A stretch of DNA of 64,000 nt from an uncultured delta proteobacterium (lineage in GTDB: Bacteria > Myxococcota_A > Polyangia > Polyangiales > Polyangiaceae), in the NCBI GenBank assembly GCA_963782055.1, contig CAWAIF010000003.1, forward strand, positions 2,592,001-2,656,000. The letters run 5' to 3'. How positions within the stretch are numbered: the stretch's first letter is position 1; each line of letters starts with the position of its first letter. This document shows positions 17,496 through 26,448 of the stretch, piece after piece. Made by a program: the position numbers and the translations under genes. The notes under the pieces are model-generated. The model did no database searches and was not told where the DNA came from. It was given only the letters and a program-made list of their open reading frames with translations.

Positions 17496-19019
17496 TCACC
17501 CCTGGCCCGCCGGCGAGAGGTCCACCGCGAGGCGCGTGCGGCCGACGATGATCTGGTCGCCGTGCTCGAGCGACTCCTCCGTCTTCACGCGGACGAAGAC
17601 GCCGGTGCGCGACTGCAGGTCCGTCAGCACGATGGAGCCCGCCTGCTCCTCGATGTAGCAGTGCTGATCGCTCACCAGCGGGTCGTTGGGGAAGACGAGG
17701 TCTCCCACGGCCGCGCCCACCTGGAGCGTCGTGCCGCGCGCCACGACGCACGCGCCGGGGGCGCCGCCCTCGAAGATCTGCACGACCCGGAAGGCGGAGG
17801 GCCACTTGGGCGAGGAGTAGAAGTACGTCGGCTCGGGGTCCGGCTCGTCGTCGGCGGTGGGGTTCTTCTCGATGCGCAGGAGCTGATCGCCCACGATGAA
17901 CTCGTCGCCGGGCTCCACCTCGACGGGGCGGCGCACGCGAAGGAAGACGCCGTTGCCGCCCTCGATGTCCTCCACCCAGAGGCCGTTGTTGCGCCACTTG
18001 AGCACGGCCTCGCTCGGGTGGCAGAAGTGCTCGCCGGGGAGGTCGATGCCGCCGCGCGCGCCGATGATCACCTCGTCGCCGCGGGGCTCGTAGACGCCGG
18101 GGCCGCCGGTGAGGCTGCGAAGGACGTGGACGCGGAAGCGGACGCGCGGCGGGCGCACCAGCGGCACGGCGTCGGGCTCCGGCGGGCGCACCAGCGGCAC
18201 CGGCTGCGCGGGGAGCGGCGGCGGCGGGCGGGGCGCGCTGGGGCGGGGCGCGGGCTGCGAGGCCGCCGGCGCCTGGGCGGCGGGCCTGGCCGCGGCCGGC
18301 GCGGGCTTCGCCTCGGCGGCGGGGGCCTGGGCGCCTGCGGCGGGGGCCTCCTGCGAGGCGGGGGGCGCCGCCTTCTTCTTGATGCGCTTGATGTCGACGT
18401 CCGGCGGCGCGGTGAGCACCTCCATCCCGCCGATCGCCTTGCCCTCGATGACGGGATCGAACTTGCCGTCGCGCAGGGCGATGATCATCTCCATCTGCTG
18501 GCCCTTCATCAGGCCGCGGACGTAGAGGGCGACGTCGCTGCGGGAGACCTGGTCGGCGTAGACGCGCTTGTGACTCTTGATGACACGCCCGCCGTCGGCG
18601 AACAGGTGCGTGATGATGTGCGGCTTGTTGAGGCCGGAGTCCTCGGTCTGGATGTGGTAGACGCGATCCTTGTACTTTACATTGTTGTTGAAGCCGACCT
18701 GCGCGCGGTTGAAGCTCGGCTGCGCCATCTCCCGCTCCAGGCGGGAGAGCTCGTCGGCGGTCCACTTCTGGATGGCGGCGTCCAGCTCCGAGCTCTCGCC
18801 GTCCAGCCCCTCCATCCGCGCGAAGGCGGCCTTCGCCAGGGGGGAGCCGGGGGCGATGCGCAGCGCGCCCGCGAGGAGCTTCTGCCCGTCCGCGTCGTTC
18901 GGGCCGCTCACCGCCCAGGCCGTCAGCATGGCGACGGCGTCATCGGTGCGGCCCTTGTCGACCAGCCACTTGGCGACCTTGCTGGCGGAGGCACGCGCTT
19001 GAGGAGCGCTCTGGGACAT
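17496..19019 (-). CDS. Double-FHA-domain protein with TPR-like N-terminus
   Basis: GFNNNVKYKDRVYHIQTEDSG module, Pro/Ala linker, two FHA-like repeats (..GNGVFLRV; VSDQHC..SRTGVFVRV). Confidence 0.8.
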   Translation of the reverse strand: MSQSAPQARASASKVAKWLVDKGRTDDAVAMLTAWAVSGPNDADGQKLLAGALRIAPGSPLAKAAFARMEGLDGESSELDAAIQKWTADELSRLEREMAQPSFNRAQVGFNNNVKYKDRVYHIQTEDSGLNKPHIITHLFADGGRVIKSHKRVYADQVSRSDVALYVRGLMKGQQMEMIIALRDGKFDPVIEGKAIGGMEVLTAPPDVDIKRIKKKAAPPASQEAPAAGAQAPAAEAKPAPAAARPAAQAPAASQPAPRPSAPRPPPPLPAQPVPLVRPPEPDAVPLVRPPRVRFRVHVLRSLTGGPGVYEPRGDEVIIGARGGIDLPGEHFCHPSEAVLKWRNNGLWVEDIEGGNGVFLRVRRPVEVEPGDEFIVGDQLLRIEKNPTADDEPDPEPTYFYSSPKWPSAFRVVQIFEGGAPGACVVARGTTLQVGAAVGDLVFPNDPLVSDQHCYIEEQAGSIVLTDLQSRTGVFVRVKTEESLEHGDQIIVGRTRLAVDLSPAGQG

Positions 19020-19080
19020 TGGCTCGATTGATCGTCGGGTTGCGGTCGAATGACAAGGGAAAGCCGCCGCCGGGCGGCTG

Positions 19081-19725
19081 TCAATACTTGAGGACGCTCT
19101 CCACCCGGACGGGGAGCAGGCGCTCCCGGCCGTTCAGGAAGGTGAGCTCCACCACGAAGGCGTGCGCCACGACGTAGCCGCCCTGGAGGCGGACGAGCTC
19201 TGCGGCGGCCCGGGCGGTCCCGCCCGTCGCGAGCAGGTCGTCCATCACGATGCACCGCGACTCCTCCGGGATGGAGTCCTTGTGCATCTGGAGCTCCGCC
19301 GTGGAGTACTCGGTGTCGTAGAGGACGGCGTCGGTCTCGGAGGGCAGCTTGCCCGGCTTGCGCGCGGGGACGAAGCTCGCGTTCAGCCGCGCCGCGAGCG
19401 CGCCCCCGAAGATGAAGCCGCGCGCCTCGACGCCGACCACCACGTCCACGTGCTCGCCGATGAAGCGCTCGGCGATGGCGTCGAGCACGACGTGGAAGGC
19501 GCGCGGGCTGGCGAGCAGGGGCGTGATGTCCTTGAAGAGGACTCCGGCGCGCGGGAAGTCGGGCACGTCGCGGATCTTGGACCGCGCGAACTCCAGAGAG
19601 TCCAGGGGCATCGAGACGAGCTGGCGCGGTGGGGTGCGCTTCACGGCGGCGCGCTTCGGCGCCTTGGGCGTGCGCATGGGGCGGCGGGCGGCGAGCGGCG
19701 GCCGCGTCTTCGGCTTGGAGGGCAT
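19081..19725 (-). CDS. apt: Adenine phosphoribosyltransferase
   Basis: IRDVPDFPRAGVLFKDITPLL, EARGF, RKPGKLP, DDLLATGGT. Confidence 0.95.
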   Translation of the reverse strand: MPSKPKTRPPLAARRPMRTPKAPKRAAVKRTPPRQLVSMPLDSLEFARSKIRDVPDFPRAGVLFKDITPLLASPRAFHVVLDAIAERFIGEHVDVVVGVEARGFIFGGALAARLNASFVPARKPGKLPSETDAVLYDTEYSTAELQMHKDSIPEESRCIVMDDLLATGGTARAAAELVRLQGGYVVAHAFVVELTFLNGRERLLPVRVESVLKY

Positions 19726-19861
19726 CGGAGGGCGATGCTACACGAACCGGCGCCCGAAGCCGACGCCGCAACGACGCGCGATCGGCCCCGGGCGGGCGGG
19801 GCCGTCCGGGTCCCACGCCGGGCGGACCGCGATGAGGCGGACGTGGTAGATCAGGCGCCCG

Positions 19862-20623
19862 ATGCGACCCCTCATCTTGCTGTCCAACGACGACGGTCAC
19901 GCCCGGCGAGGCATCCGCACCTTGCGCGCCGCCCTCATGGAGGCGTTCGAGGTGGTCATCGTCGCGCCGGAGGTGGAGCAGAGCGCGGCCAGCCACGCGT
20001 TGAGCCTGCACCGCCCACTGCGCGTGCGGCGCGTCGAGGAGGGCATCTTCGCGGTGGACGGTACCCCCGCCGACTGCGTCTACGTCGCCTTGCACCACGG
20101 GCGGCTGCTGCCGCGGCCGCCCGACCTCGTCGTGTCCGGCCTCAACCACGGCCTCAACCTGGGGCAGGACGTCTTCTACTCCGGGACGGTCGCGGCCGCG
20201 CGGGAAGGGGCGCTGCGGCGCATCCCGGCCATCGCCGCCAGCGCGCAGCAGGGGGTCGACCGCGAGGCCGCCGCGCGCGCGGTCACCAGGATGACGGCGG
20301 CGGCGCTCGCCGCGCACGACGCCGGCGCGCCACACGGGGAGCTGTTCAACGTGAACTTCCCGGCGAAGTGGCGCGGCGAGGTGCGCGTCACGCGCGTGGG
20401 CAACCGCCTCTACGAGGAGCTGCTCGACTTCCGCAAGGACCCGCGCGGCCGCGAGTACTTCTGGCTGGGCGGCGCCAGCGTGCGCCACGAGCCGGACCCC
20501 GGCACCGACACCGAGGCCCACGACGCGGGCGCGGCGTCCATCACGCCGCTGCGCCTGGAGCTGACGGCGGAGAAGCTGGCGCCGGTGGCCGAGGCGCTCG
20601 CCCAGGCGGCGAAGGGCAGCTGA
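19862..20623 (+). CDS. surE: 5'/3'-nucleotidase SurE
   Basis: ILLSNDDG, GTPADCV, SGLNHGLNLG, YSGTVAAA, NVNFP. Confidence 0.95.
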   Translation: MRPLILLSNDDGHARRGIRTLRAALMEAFEVVIVAPEVEQSAASHALSLHRPLRVRRVEEGIFAVDGTPADCVYVALHHGRLLPRPPDLVVSGLNHGLNLGQDVFYSGTVAAAREGALRRIPAIAASAQQGVDREAAARAVTRMTAAALAAHDAGAPHGELFNVNFPAKWRGEVRVTRVGNRLYEELLDFRKDPRGREYFWLGGASVRHEPDPGTDTEAHDAGAASITPLRLELTAEKLAPVAEALAQAAKGS

Positions 20624-20625
20624 CG

Positions 20626-22671
20626 ATGGCCGAGCGCGAGTCGTTCACCTACGAGCTGCACGGCACGCGCGTCGCGGACCCCTACCGCTGGCTGGAGGAC
20701 GGCGAGTCGGAGGAGGTCCGGCGATGGACGGAGGAGCACAACGCGCGCGTCCTGGCGTACCTCCGGGCGGTCCCGGGCGTGGACGCCCTGCGCGCGCGCG
20801 TCGGCGCGCTGCTCCGCATCGGCTTCGCCTCGCCGCCGGCGGTGCGGCGGACCACGGGCGGGACGCTGCGCTACTTCCACGAGCGGCGGGAGGGCGCGCA
20901 GCTCCAGCCGGTGCTCTGCGTGCGCGAAGGCGAGGGCGGCGAGGACCGCGTGCTGCTGGACGCCAGCGCCCTCTCCACCGACGGCACGTCGGCGGTGGAC
21001 TGGTGGTACGTCTCGCCGTCGGGCGTGCGCGTGGCGTGGGGCCGCAGCGAGAGCGGCAGCGAGCAGAGCACCCTGCACGTGCGGGACGTGGCCACCGGCG
21101 AGGACTTGCCGGTGCGCATCCCCGGCACGCAGCACGGCGTGGTGGCGTGGCGCGACGACGACAGCTTCTTCTACGTCCGCTTCCCCGCCGCGGGCACGGT
21201 GCCTCCCGGCGAGGAGCAGTACGGCGGCAAGGTGTTCGAGCACGTGATCGGGCGCGACGCGGCCGAGGACGCCGTCGTCTTCGGCGAGGGTCTGGACAAG
21301 ACCGACCTGCCGCAGCCGCTGCTCGCCCCGGGTGGCCGGTGGCTTGTCGTCGTCGTCGCGCAGGGCTGGGGCAAGACCGAGGTCCACCTCTGCGATCTGC
21401 AGGCGCCGGCGCCCTCCTTCGTCGCGGTGGCGTCCGGGGAGGAGGCCATCTTCGAGGCCATCCCGTGCCGCGACCGCCTCTACCTCTTCACCAACTCCGG
21501 AGCGCCGCGCTACCGCCTCGTGGCGGTCGACTACGCGCGGCCGGAGCGCGCCGCGTGGGTGGAGATCCTCCCCGAGCAGCCGGACGTGCTGACGAGCGTC
21601 GCGGTGACGGAGACGGCGGTGGTCGCCTCCACCCTGCGCGACGCGGCCTCCAGCGTGCACGTCTTCGGGCTGGACGGCGCGCCGCGCGGGCAGGTGACGC
21701 TGCCGGCGATGGGCAGCGCGAGCGTCGTGTCCTCTCCGGAGGCGGGTACCGACGAGGCGTTCGCCGCGTTCGCCTCCTTCGCGTCGCCGCCGCAGGCGCT
21801 GCGGCTGGAGGTGGGGGCGTCCGGCGCGACGGCCCGCGTGTGGGACAGGGTGGCGGGCGCGGTGGACGAGCGCGCCATCCGCGTGGAGCGGCTCTTCGCC
21901 ACGTCGCGGGACGGGACCCGGGTGCCCATGTTCGTCCTCTCCCGCGCCGGCGATCCGCCCGGCCCCCGCCCGACGGTCCTGTACGGCTACGGCGGCTTCA
22001 ACGTGAACCAGACCCCCGCCTTCAGCTCGCGCGCGCTCGCCTTCGTGGAGCGCGGCGGGGTGTGGGCCTCGGCGGTGCTGCGCGGGGGTGGCGAGTACGG
22101 CGAGGAGTGGCACCGCGGCGGGATGCTGGATCGCAAGCAGAACGTCTTCGACGACTTCGTCGCCTGCGCCGAGCGGCTGATCGAGGGCGGCGTCACGACG
22201 CCGGAGCACCTGGGCATCCTGGGCGGCTCCAACGGCGGCCTGCTGGTGGCGGCGGCGCTCACCCAGCGGCCAGAGCTCTTTCGCGCCGCGGTGAGTCTGG
22301 TGCCGCTCACCGACATGCTCCGCTACCACCTCTTTCGTCTGGGGCGCTACTGGATCACCGAGTACGGGTCGCCGGAAGACGCGGCGGCGTTCCGCGTGCT
22401 GGAGGCCTACTCGCCCTACCATCACGTGCGCGCCGGCGTGCGCTACCCCGCCGTGCTGCTCGCCACCGCCGAGAGCGACTCACGCGTCGACCCGATGCAC
22501 GCGCGCAAGATGGCGGCGGCGCTGGAGGCCGCAGGCGGCGAGCGGCCCGTCCTGCTGCGCGTCGAGACGAAGGCAGGGCACGGGGCGGGAAAGCCGATCA
22601 GCAAGGTGGAGGAGCAGCTCGCGCTCGAGCTGGGATTTCTGGCGCGAGAGCTGGGCGTGCGGCTGAGCTGA
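20626..22671 (+). CDS. Prolyl oligopeptidase (S9A)
   Basis: DPYRWLED, YGYGGFN, RGGGEYG, GGSNGG, DSRVDP, AGHG. Confidence 0.95.
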   Translation: MAERESFTYELHGTRVADPYRWLEDGESEEVRRWTEEHNARVLAYLRAVPGVDALRARVGALLRIGFASPPAVRRTTGGTLRYFHERREGAQLQPVLCVREGEGGEDRVLLDASALSTDGTSAVDWWYVSPSGVRVAWGRSESGSEQSTLHVRDVATGEDLPVRIPGTQHGVVAWRDDDSFFYVRFPAAGTVPPGEEQYGGKVFEHVIGRDAAEDAVVFGEGLDKTDLPQPLLAPGGRWLVVVVAQGWGKTEVHLCDLQAPAPSFVAVASGEEAIFEAIPCRDRLYLFTNSGAPRYRLVAVDYARPERAAWVEILPEQPDVLTSVAVTETAVVASTLRDAASSVHVFGLDGAPRGQVTLPAMGSASVVSSPEAGTDEAFAAFASFASPPQALRLEVGASGATARVWDRVAGAVDERAIRVERLFATSRDGTRVPMFVLSRAGDPPGPRPTVLYGYGGFNVNQTPAFSSRALAFVERGGVWASAVLRGGGEYGEEWHRGGMLDRKQNVFDDFVACAERLIEGGVTTPEHLGILGGSNGGLLVAAALTQRPELFRAAVSLVPLTDMLRYHLFRLGRYWITEYGSPEDAAAFRVLEAYSPYHHVRAGVRYPAVLLATAESDSRVDPMHARKMAAALEAAGGERPVLLRVETKAGHGAGKPISKVEEQLALELGFLARELGVRLS

Positions 22672-22902
22672 GCGCCGCGGCCGATTGGCCAGCGGAGGCG
22701 CGCGGTTCGGTGACGAGGGAAGATCTCCGCCGCCGCGTCGTAAGACCGCCTGGACTGGCGCTGTGGACCAGGGCGACCTGCCCACGCTTGACACCTAGTG
22801 GGAGAAACGGTCCCATGTCGCCCGCTTGGCTGTGCACCCGGGCACCGGGGAGGCTCGGGACGCTCGAGATTCTGGGAAAAAGGGAAGGGAAAGGAACACG
22901 CT

Positions 22903-23460
22903 ATGAAGATCGTTGGACGTCGTTCACGTTGGTTGGAGCTCGCGCAGGTTCTGGGAGCGCTCATGCTCGTCCTCGCGGCCCTGGTCGCGTGCAAGAAGGG
23001 CAGCTCGTCCTCCTCGAGCGGGAGCAGCAGCGCCCCGGCGAAGATCGGCGACACCGTCACGTTCGACGACTCGGAGTGGGTCGTCATCGAGGCGAAGGAC
23101 GTCGGCAAGACGGTGAAGAACAACAGCGAGTTCGCCGCTGACGACGAGAAGGAGAAGAAGACGGAGGGCCGCTTCATCCAGGTCCACTACAAGATCACCA
23201 ACAAGGGCAAGAAGGAGGAGATGCTCCTCGACCGTCCGAAGATCGTGGACGCCAAGGGCCGTGAGTTCGGTCCGATCGAGATGGAGAGCTTCTACGTGCC
23301 GGCGAAGTCCAAGACGATCGGCCTGGACACGCTGCAGCCGAGCATGCCGAAGGAGTACTGGACGGTCATCGAGGTCCCGCCGGACGCGAAGGGCCTCAAG
23401 TTGCAGGTCCACGGCTTCAGCCTGCTCAGCGACAAGAAGACCGTCGACCTCGCGCTCTGA
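22903..23460 (+). CDS. Lipoprotein with DUF4352-like Ig-fold domain
   Basis: LVAC lipobox, Ser linker, KIGDTVTF..FIQVHYKITN..LQPS..IEVPPDA; purine-rich RBS. Confidence 0.7.
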   Translation: MKIVGRRSRWLELAQVLGALMLVLAALVACKKGSSSSSSGSSSAPAKIGDTVTFDDSEWVVIEAKDVGKTVKNNSEFAADDEKEKKTEGRFIQVHYKITNKGKKEEMLLDRPKIVDAKGREFGPIEMESFYVPAKSKTIGLDTLQPSMPKEYWTVIEVPPDAKGLKLQVHGFSLLSDKKTVDLAL

Positions 23461-23545
23461 GCGACGACGCGTCTCGTGCGCTCCGGCCGCGTCGGGTTCT
23501 GCCCGGCGCGGCCGTCGCGCTTTTGTGGCCGCGAGGTGGCGCCGC

Positions 23546-23803
23546 TCAGGCAGCCAGGGCGGGGGCCGGGCGACGCTTGCGACCGGCGTCGATGGAGGCC
23601 ACCGCCACGGCGAGGCCGACGAGCGTGAGGCGCGCCTCGTCGCCGCGGAGCAGCAGCAGGCCTGCGCGTTCCAGCCGGCCGAGGGCGGCGCGGAGGCGGC
23701 GCGGGGTGAGGGCGACGCGCGCGGCGAGGGCCGGCATGTCGGCGCGCCGGCGGTGACGGGAGCAACGGAGGATGGCCCGGAGAACGGTGAGGTCGGAGTG
23801 CAT
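23546..23803 (-). CDS. Small winged-helix-like protein
   Basis: LAARVALTPRRLRAALGRLERAGLL..ARLTLVG HTH/wing pattern, 85 aa. Confidence 0.55.
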   Translation of the reverse strand: MHSDLTVLRAILRCSRHRRRADMPALAARVALTPRRLRAALGRLERAGLLLLRGDEARLTLVGLAVAVASIDAGRKRRPAPALAA

Positions 23804-23831
23804 GTTCAGTACATAGTTCAGGTACTGAACA
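23803..23831. promoter_or_regulatory. Palindromic operator abutting the start codon
   Basis: TGTTCAGTAC-9 nt-GTACTGAACA perfect inverted repeat, with a third GTTCAG in the spacer. Confidence 0.65.
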
Positions 23832-23970
23832 GGCATCCAGTTTGTGGCGTCGATTTCTCGCAAATCCTCGGGATCGTGGGCGAATGCCTCCGCCCTCGGG
23901 GTGACCGTCTCGATCGCGAGCATGCTAGCGGTCAGGCGAAGGGGCTTCGGGGTTGGGGGGCGTTCGGGGT

Positions 23971-26448
23971 ATGACCGCAGGCTCGGTGGCCGATCCCAAG
24001 GATGCCTATACGCGCGCACGCGACGCGCACCGCGCTTCGGCCGGAGCCCTCGGCGCGCGGTCGCGGTCCATCGGAACGGCCCGGCTGCTCGTCGCGGTGG
24101 CCGCGGTCGCGGTGATCGTGGCCATGACCTGGGGTCCGATCCCCCGCCTCGCCGGCTGGTCGCTCGAGGCGGGGCTGGTGGCCTTGTTCGTCGCGCTGGT
24201 GGTGCTGCACGCGCGCGTCGAGGCGCGCCGCGAGCGTGCCGAGCTGGCGGTCACCTTCCACGAGCGAGGCCTGGCGCGTCTGGCCGACGACGCGTGGCGC
24301 GCCCTACCCGATGCAGGCGCGATGCCCGACGGCTCGTCACCTGACGCGCACCCCTACGCCGGCGACCTGGACGTGCTCGGCAAGGCCTCCCTCTACAAGC
24401 TCGTCGCCGGCGCGCAGACGCCCTTCGGCGAGCGGACGCTGGCGACGTGGTTGCTCGCCGCGCACGCCCCGCCCTCCGCCGACGCGATCCGGGAGCGGCA
24501 GGCCGCGGTGCGCGAGCTGTCGGCCGACCTGTCCCTGCGCGAGCGCCTCTGGGTCCAGGGCGGCGCGCTCAAGAGCCGCGGCGTGCCGGACGTGGGCGGC
24601 TTCCTCTCGTGGGCAGAGTCCTCCGCCCAGCCTGCGGTCGGTCCGGTGGGGCTCGTCTTCGCGCGGGCGTGGCCCATCGTGACGCTGGCGGCGATGGTGG
24701 TCGGCCACGTGCTGCGCTGGCCGGCCGGGCTCTCCTTCGGGCCTTACGTGGTGGGCTTCGCGGCGGCCTTCGTGTGGCGCCGCTCCCTCGGGCCGGTCAT
24801 CGACGCCGTCGCGTCGCGGGAGGGGAGCGTCGCCGCCTTCGGCGAGATGCTCCGGACCGCGGAGGACGCCAGCTTCGAGGCGCCGCGGCTCAAGGAGGTG
24901 CACGCCGCGTGGAGGCGCGGTGGCACGACGGCGACGGCGGCGATGCGGTCGCTCGGCGCGGTGTGCTCCTTCCTGGAGGCGCAGTCCAACGAGGTGTTCC
25001 GCATCTTCCTGTCCCCCCTCTTCATGCTCGACGCGAACGCCGCCGTGGCGCTGGAGCGCTGGCGCGCGCGGCACGGACGCGACGTGCGGGGGTGGCTGGA
25101 GGCGCTGGGCGAGCTGGAGGCGCTGGAGAGCCTGTCTTCGCTGGCCTTCGACCAGCCGGACTACGCGTGGCCGGAGCTCGTCGAGGAGGCGTGCTTCGAG
25201 GCGGAGGCCCTGGCGCACCCGCTGCTCGCAGCCTCGCGGCGCGTGGCCAATGACGTGACCATCCCCGGGCCGGGCACCGCGCTGCTGGTCACCGGCTCCA
25301 ACATGAGCGGCAAATCGACCCTGCTGCGCGCCGTGGGGCTGGCGGCGGTGCTCGCGGTCGCCGGGGCCCCGGTCTGCGCGAAGCGCCTGCGCCTCGGCGC
25401 GGTGCGCGTCGCCACCAGCATGCGCACCAGCGACTCGCTCGCGGAGGGAACGTCGCGCTTCCTGGCCGAGGTGAAGCGGCTGCGGCTGGTGGTGGACATG
25501 GCGCACCGGGCGCCCGGCCTGCTCTTTCTGCTCGACGAGATCTTGCACGGCACCAACTCTCGCGAGCGCGTCCTCGGCGCCCGCGCGGTGCTGAGCGATC
25601 TGCTGGAGCACGGCGCGCTCGGCGCGATGTCCACCCACGACCTCGGGCTCGCCCACCTGGACGACGAGCACCCCGGGCGCGTCAGGAACGTGCACTTCCA
25701 GGAGCAGGTGGAGGGCGACACCATGACCTTCGACTACCGGCTGCGGGAGGGGGTCGTGCAGAGCTCCAACGCCCTGCGGCTCATGAAGATGGTCGGGCTG
25801 GACGTCCAGAATCTGAGCTCTGAGCCCGGCTCGGGCGAGCTCGGCAGTATCTGCAGTCATTGCGCGCGCGCGCATGTCGTGCACCGCGGATTCGGCGCCT
25901 CACGCGAAATTTCCGGCGAGGAGCGCGGGCACGGCGGTTGCGAGGCGTCGCGCCGTGCATCCGCTCGCTGCCCGTGTCGACAGCGCCCGCCCAAGTCGTT
26001 CATCGACGAGCTGCCTGCACTGTGGGGCGCGGCTGGGGGAGGGGGCCCGCGGCGCCTTCTGTTGCACCGGTTGCGAGGCGGTCCACGCGCTGCTCCGGAG
26101 CGAGGGGCTCGGCCGCTACTACGAGCTGCGCTCCGGCGGCGGTGTGCCGGTGGCGGCCGAGCGCGCGCGCGACCACGCCTGGCTCGAGGCGATCGAGGCG
26201 AAGCGCGCGGGCGACGCCGGCGCCACGGCGGGGCTCTCGCGCGTCGAGCTGGACATGCAGGGCCTGCACTGCAGCGCCTGCGTCTGGCTGGTGGGCGAGC
26301 TCTTTCACCGCGAGGCCGGCGCGGTGGACGTCATGGTGAACCCGGCGCTGGGGCGCGTGTCGCTCGCCGTGGAGCCGTCCTTCCCGCTGCGGCGCTTCGT
26401 GGAGCACGTGGAGTCCTTCGGCTACGTGCTGGGGCCGCGCACGCGTGA
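23971..26448 (+). CDS. Membrane-anchored MutS-family ATPase (domain V type); recognisable homology ends near 25810
   Basis: N-terminal TMs, HPYAGDLDVLG, TGSNMSGKSTLLR, SRFLAEV, LLDEILHGTNS, STHD, FDYRLREG; the ORF lacks a stop where homology ends. Confidence 0.85.
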   Translation: MTAGSVADPKDAYTRARDAHRASAGALGARSRSIGTARLLVAVAAVAVIVAMTWGPIPRLAGWSLEAGLVALFVALVVLHARVEARRERAELAVTFHERGLARLADDAWRALPDAGAMPDGSSPDAHPYAGDLDVLGKASLYKLVAGAQTPFGERTLATWLLAAHAPPSADAIRERQAAVRELSADLSLRERLWVQGGALKSRGVPDVGGFLSWAESSAQPAVGPVGLVFARAWPIVTLAAMVVGHVLRWPAGLSFGPYVVGFAAAFVWRRSLGPVIDAVASREGSVAAFGEMLRTAEDASFEAPRLKEVHAAWRRGGTTATAAMRSLGAVCSFLEAQSNEVFRIFLSPLFMLDANAAVALERWRARHGRDVRGWLEALGELEALESLSSLAFDQPDYAWPELVEEACFEAEALAHPLLAASRRVANDVTIPGPGTALLVTGSNMSGKSTLLRAVGLAAVLAVAGAPVCAKRLRLGAVRVATSMRTSDSLAEGTSRFLAEVKRLRLVVDMAHRAPGLLFLLDEILHGTNSRERVLGARAVLSDLLEHGALGAMSTHDLGLAHLDDEHPGRVRNVHFQEQVEGDTMTFDYRLREGVVQSSNALRLMKMVGLDVQNLSSEPGSGELGSICSHCARAHVVHRGFGASREISGEERGHGGCEASRRASARCPCRQRPPKSFIDELPALWGAAGGGGPRRLLLHRLRGGPRAAPERGARPLLRAALRRRCAGGGRARARPRLARGDRGEARGRRRRHGGALARRAGHAGPALQRLRLAGGRALSPRGRRGGRHGEPGAGARVARRGAVLPAAALRGARGVLRLRAGAAHA
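25927..25942 (+). promoter_or_regulatory. Putative sigma54 (-24/-12) promoter of the cco cluster
   Basis: GGGCACGGCGGTTGCG matches TGGCACG-N4-TTGC with exact GG-N10-GC spacing. Confidence 0.65.

Noticed and set aside
23803..23831. Exact canonical LexA box
   Set aside because: Half-site orientation and spacing fit neither CTGAAC-N4-GTTCAG nor GTTC-N7-GTTC; kept only as LexA-like
23971..25810. Canonical mismatch-repair MutS1
   Set aside because: Has TM helices and only the ATPase region; no mismatch-binding domain evident
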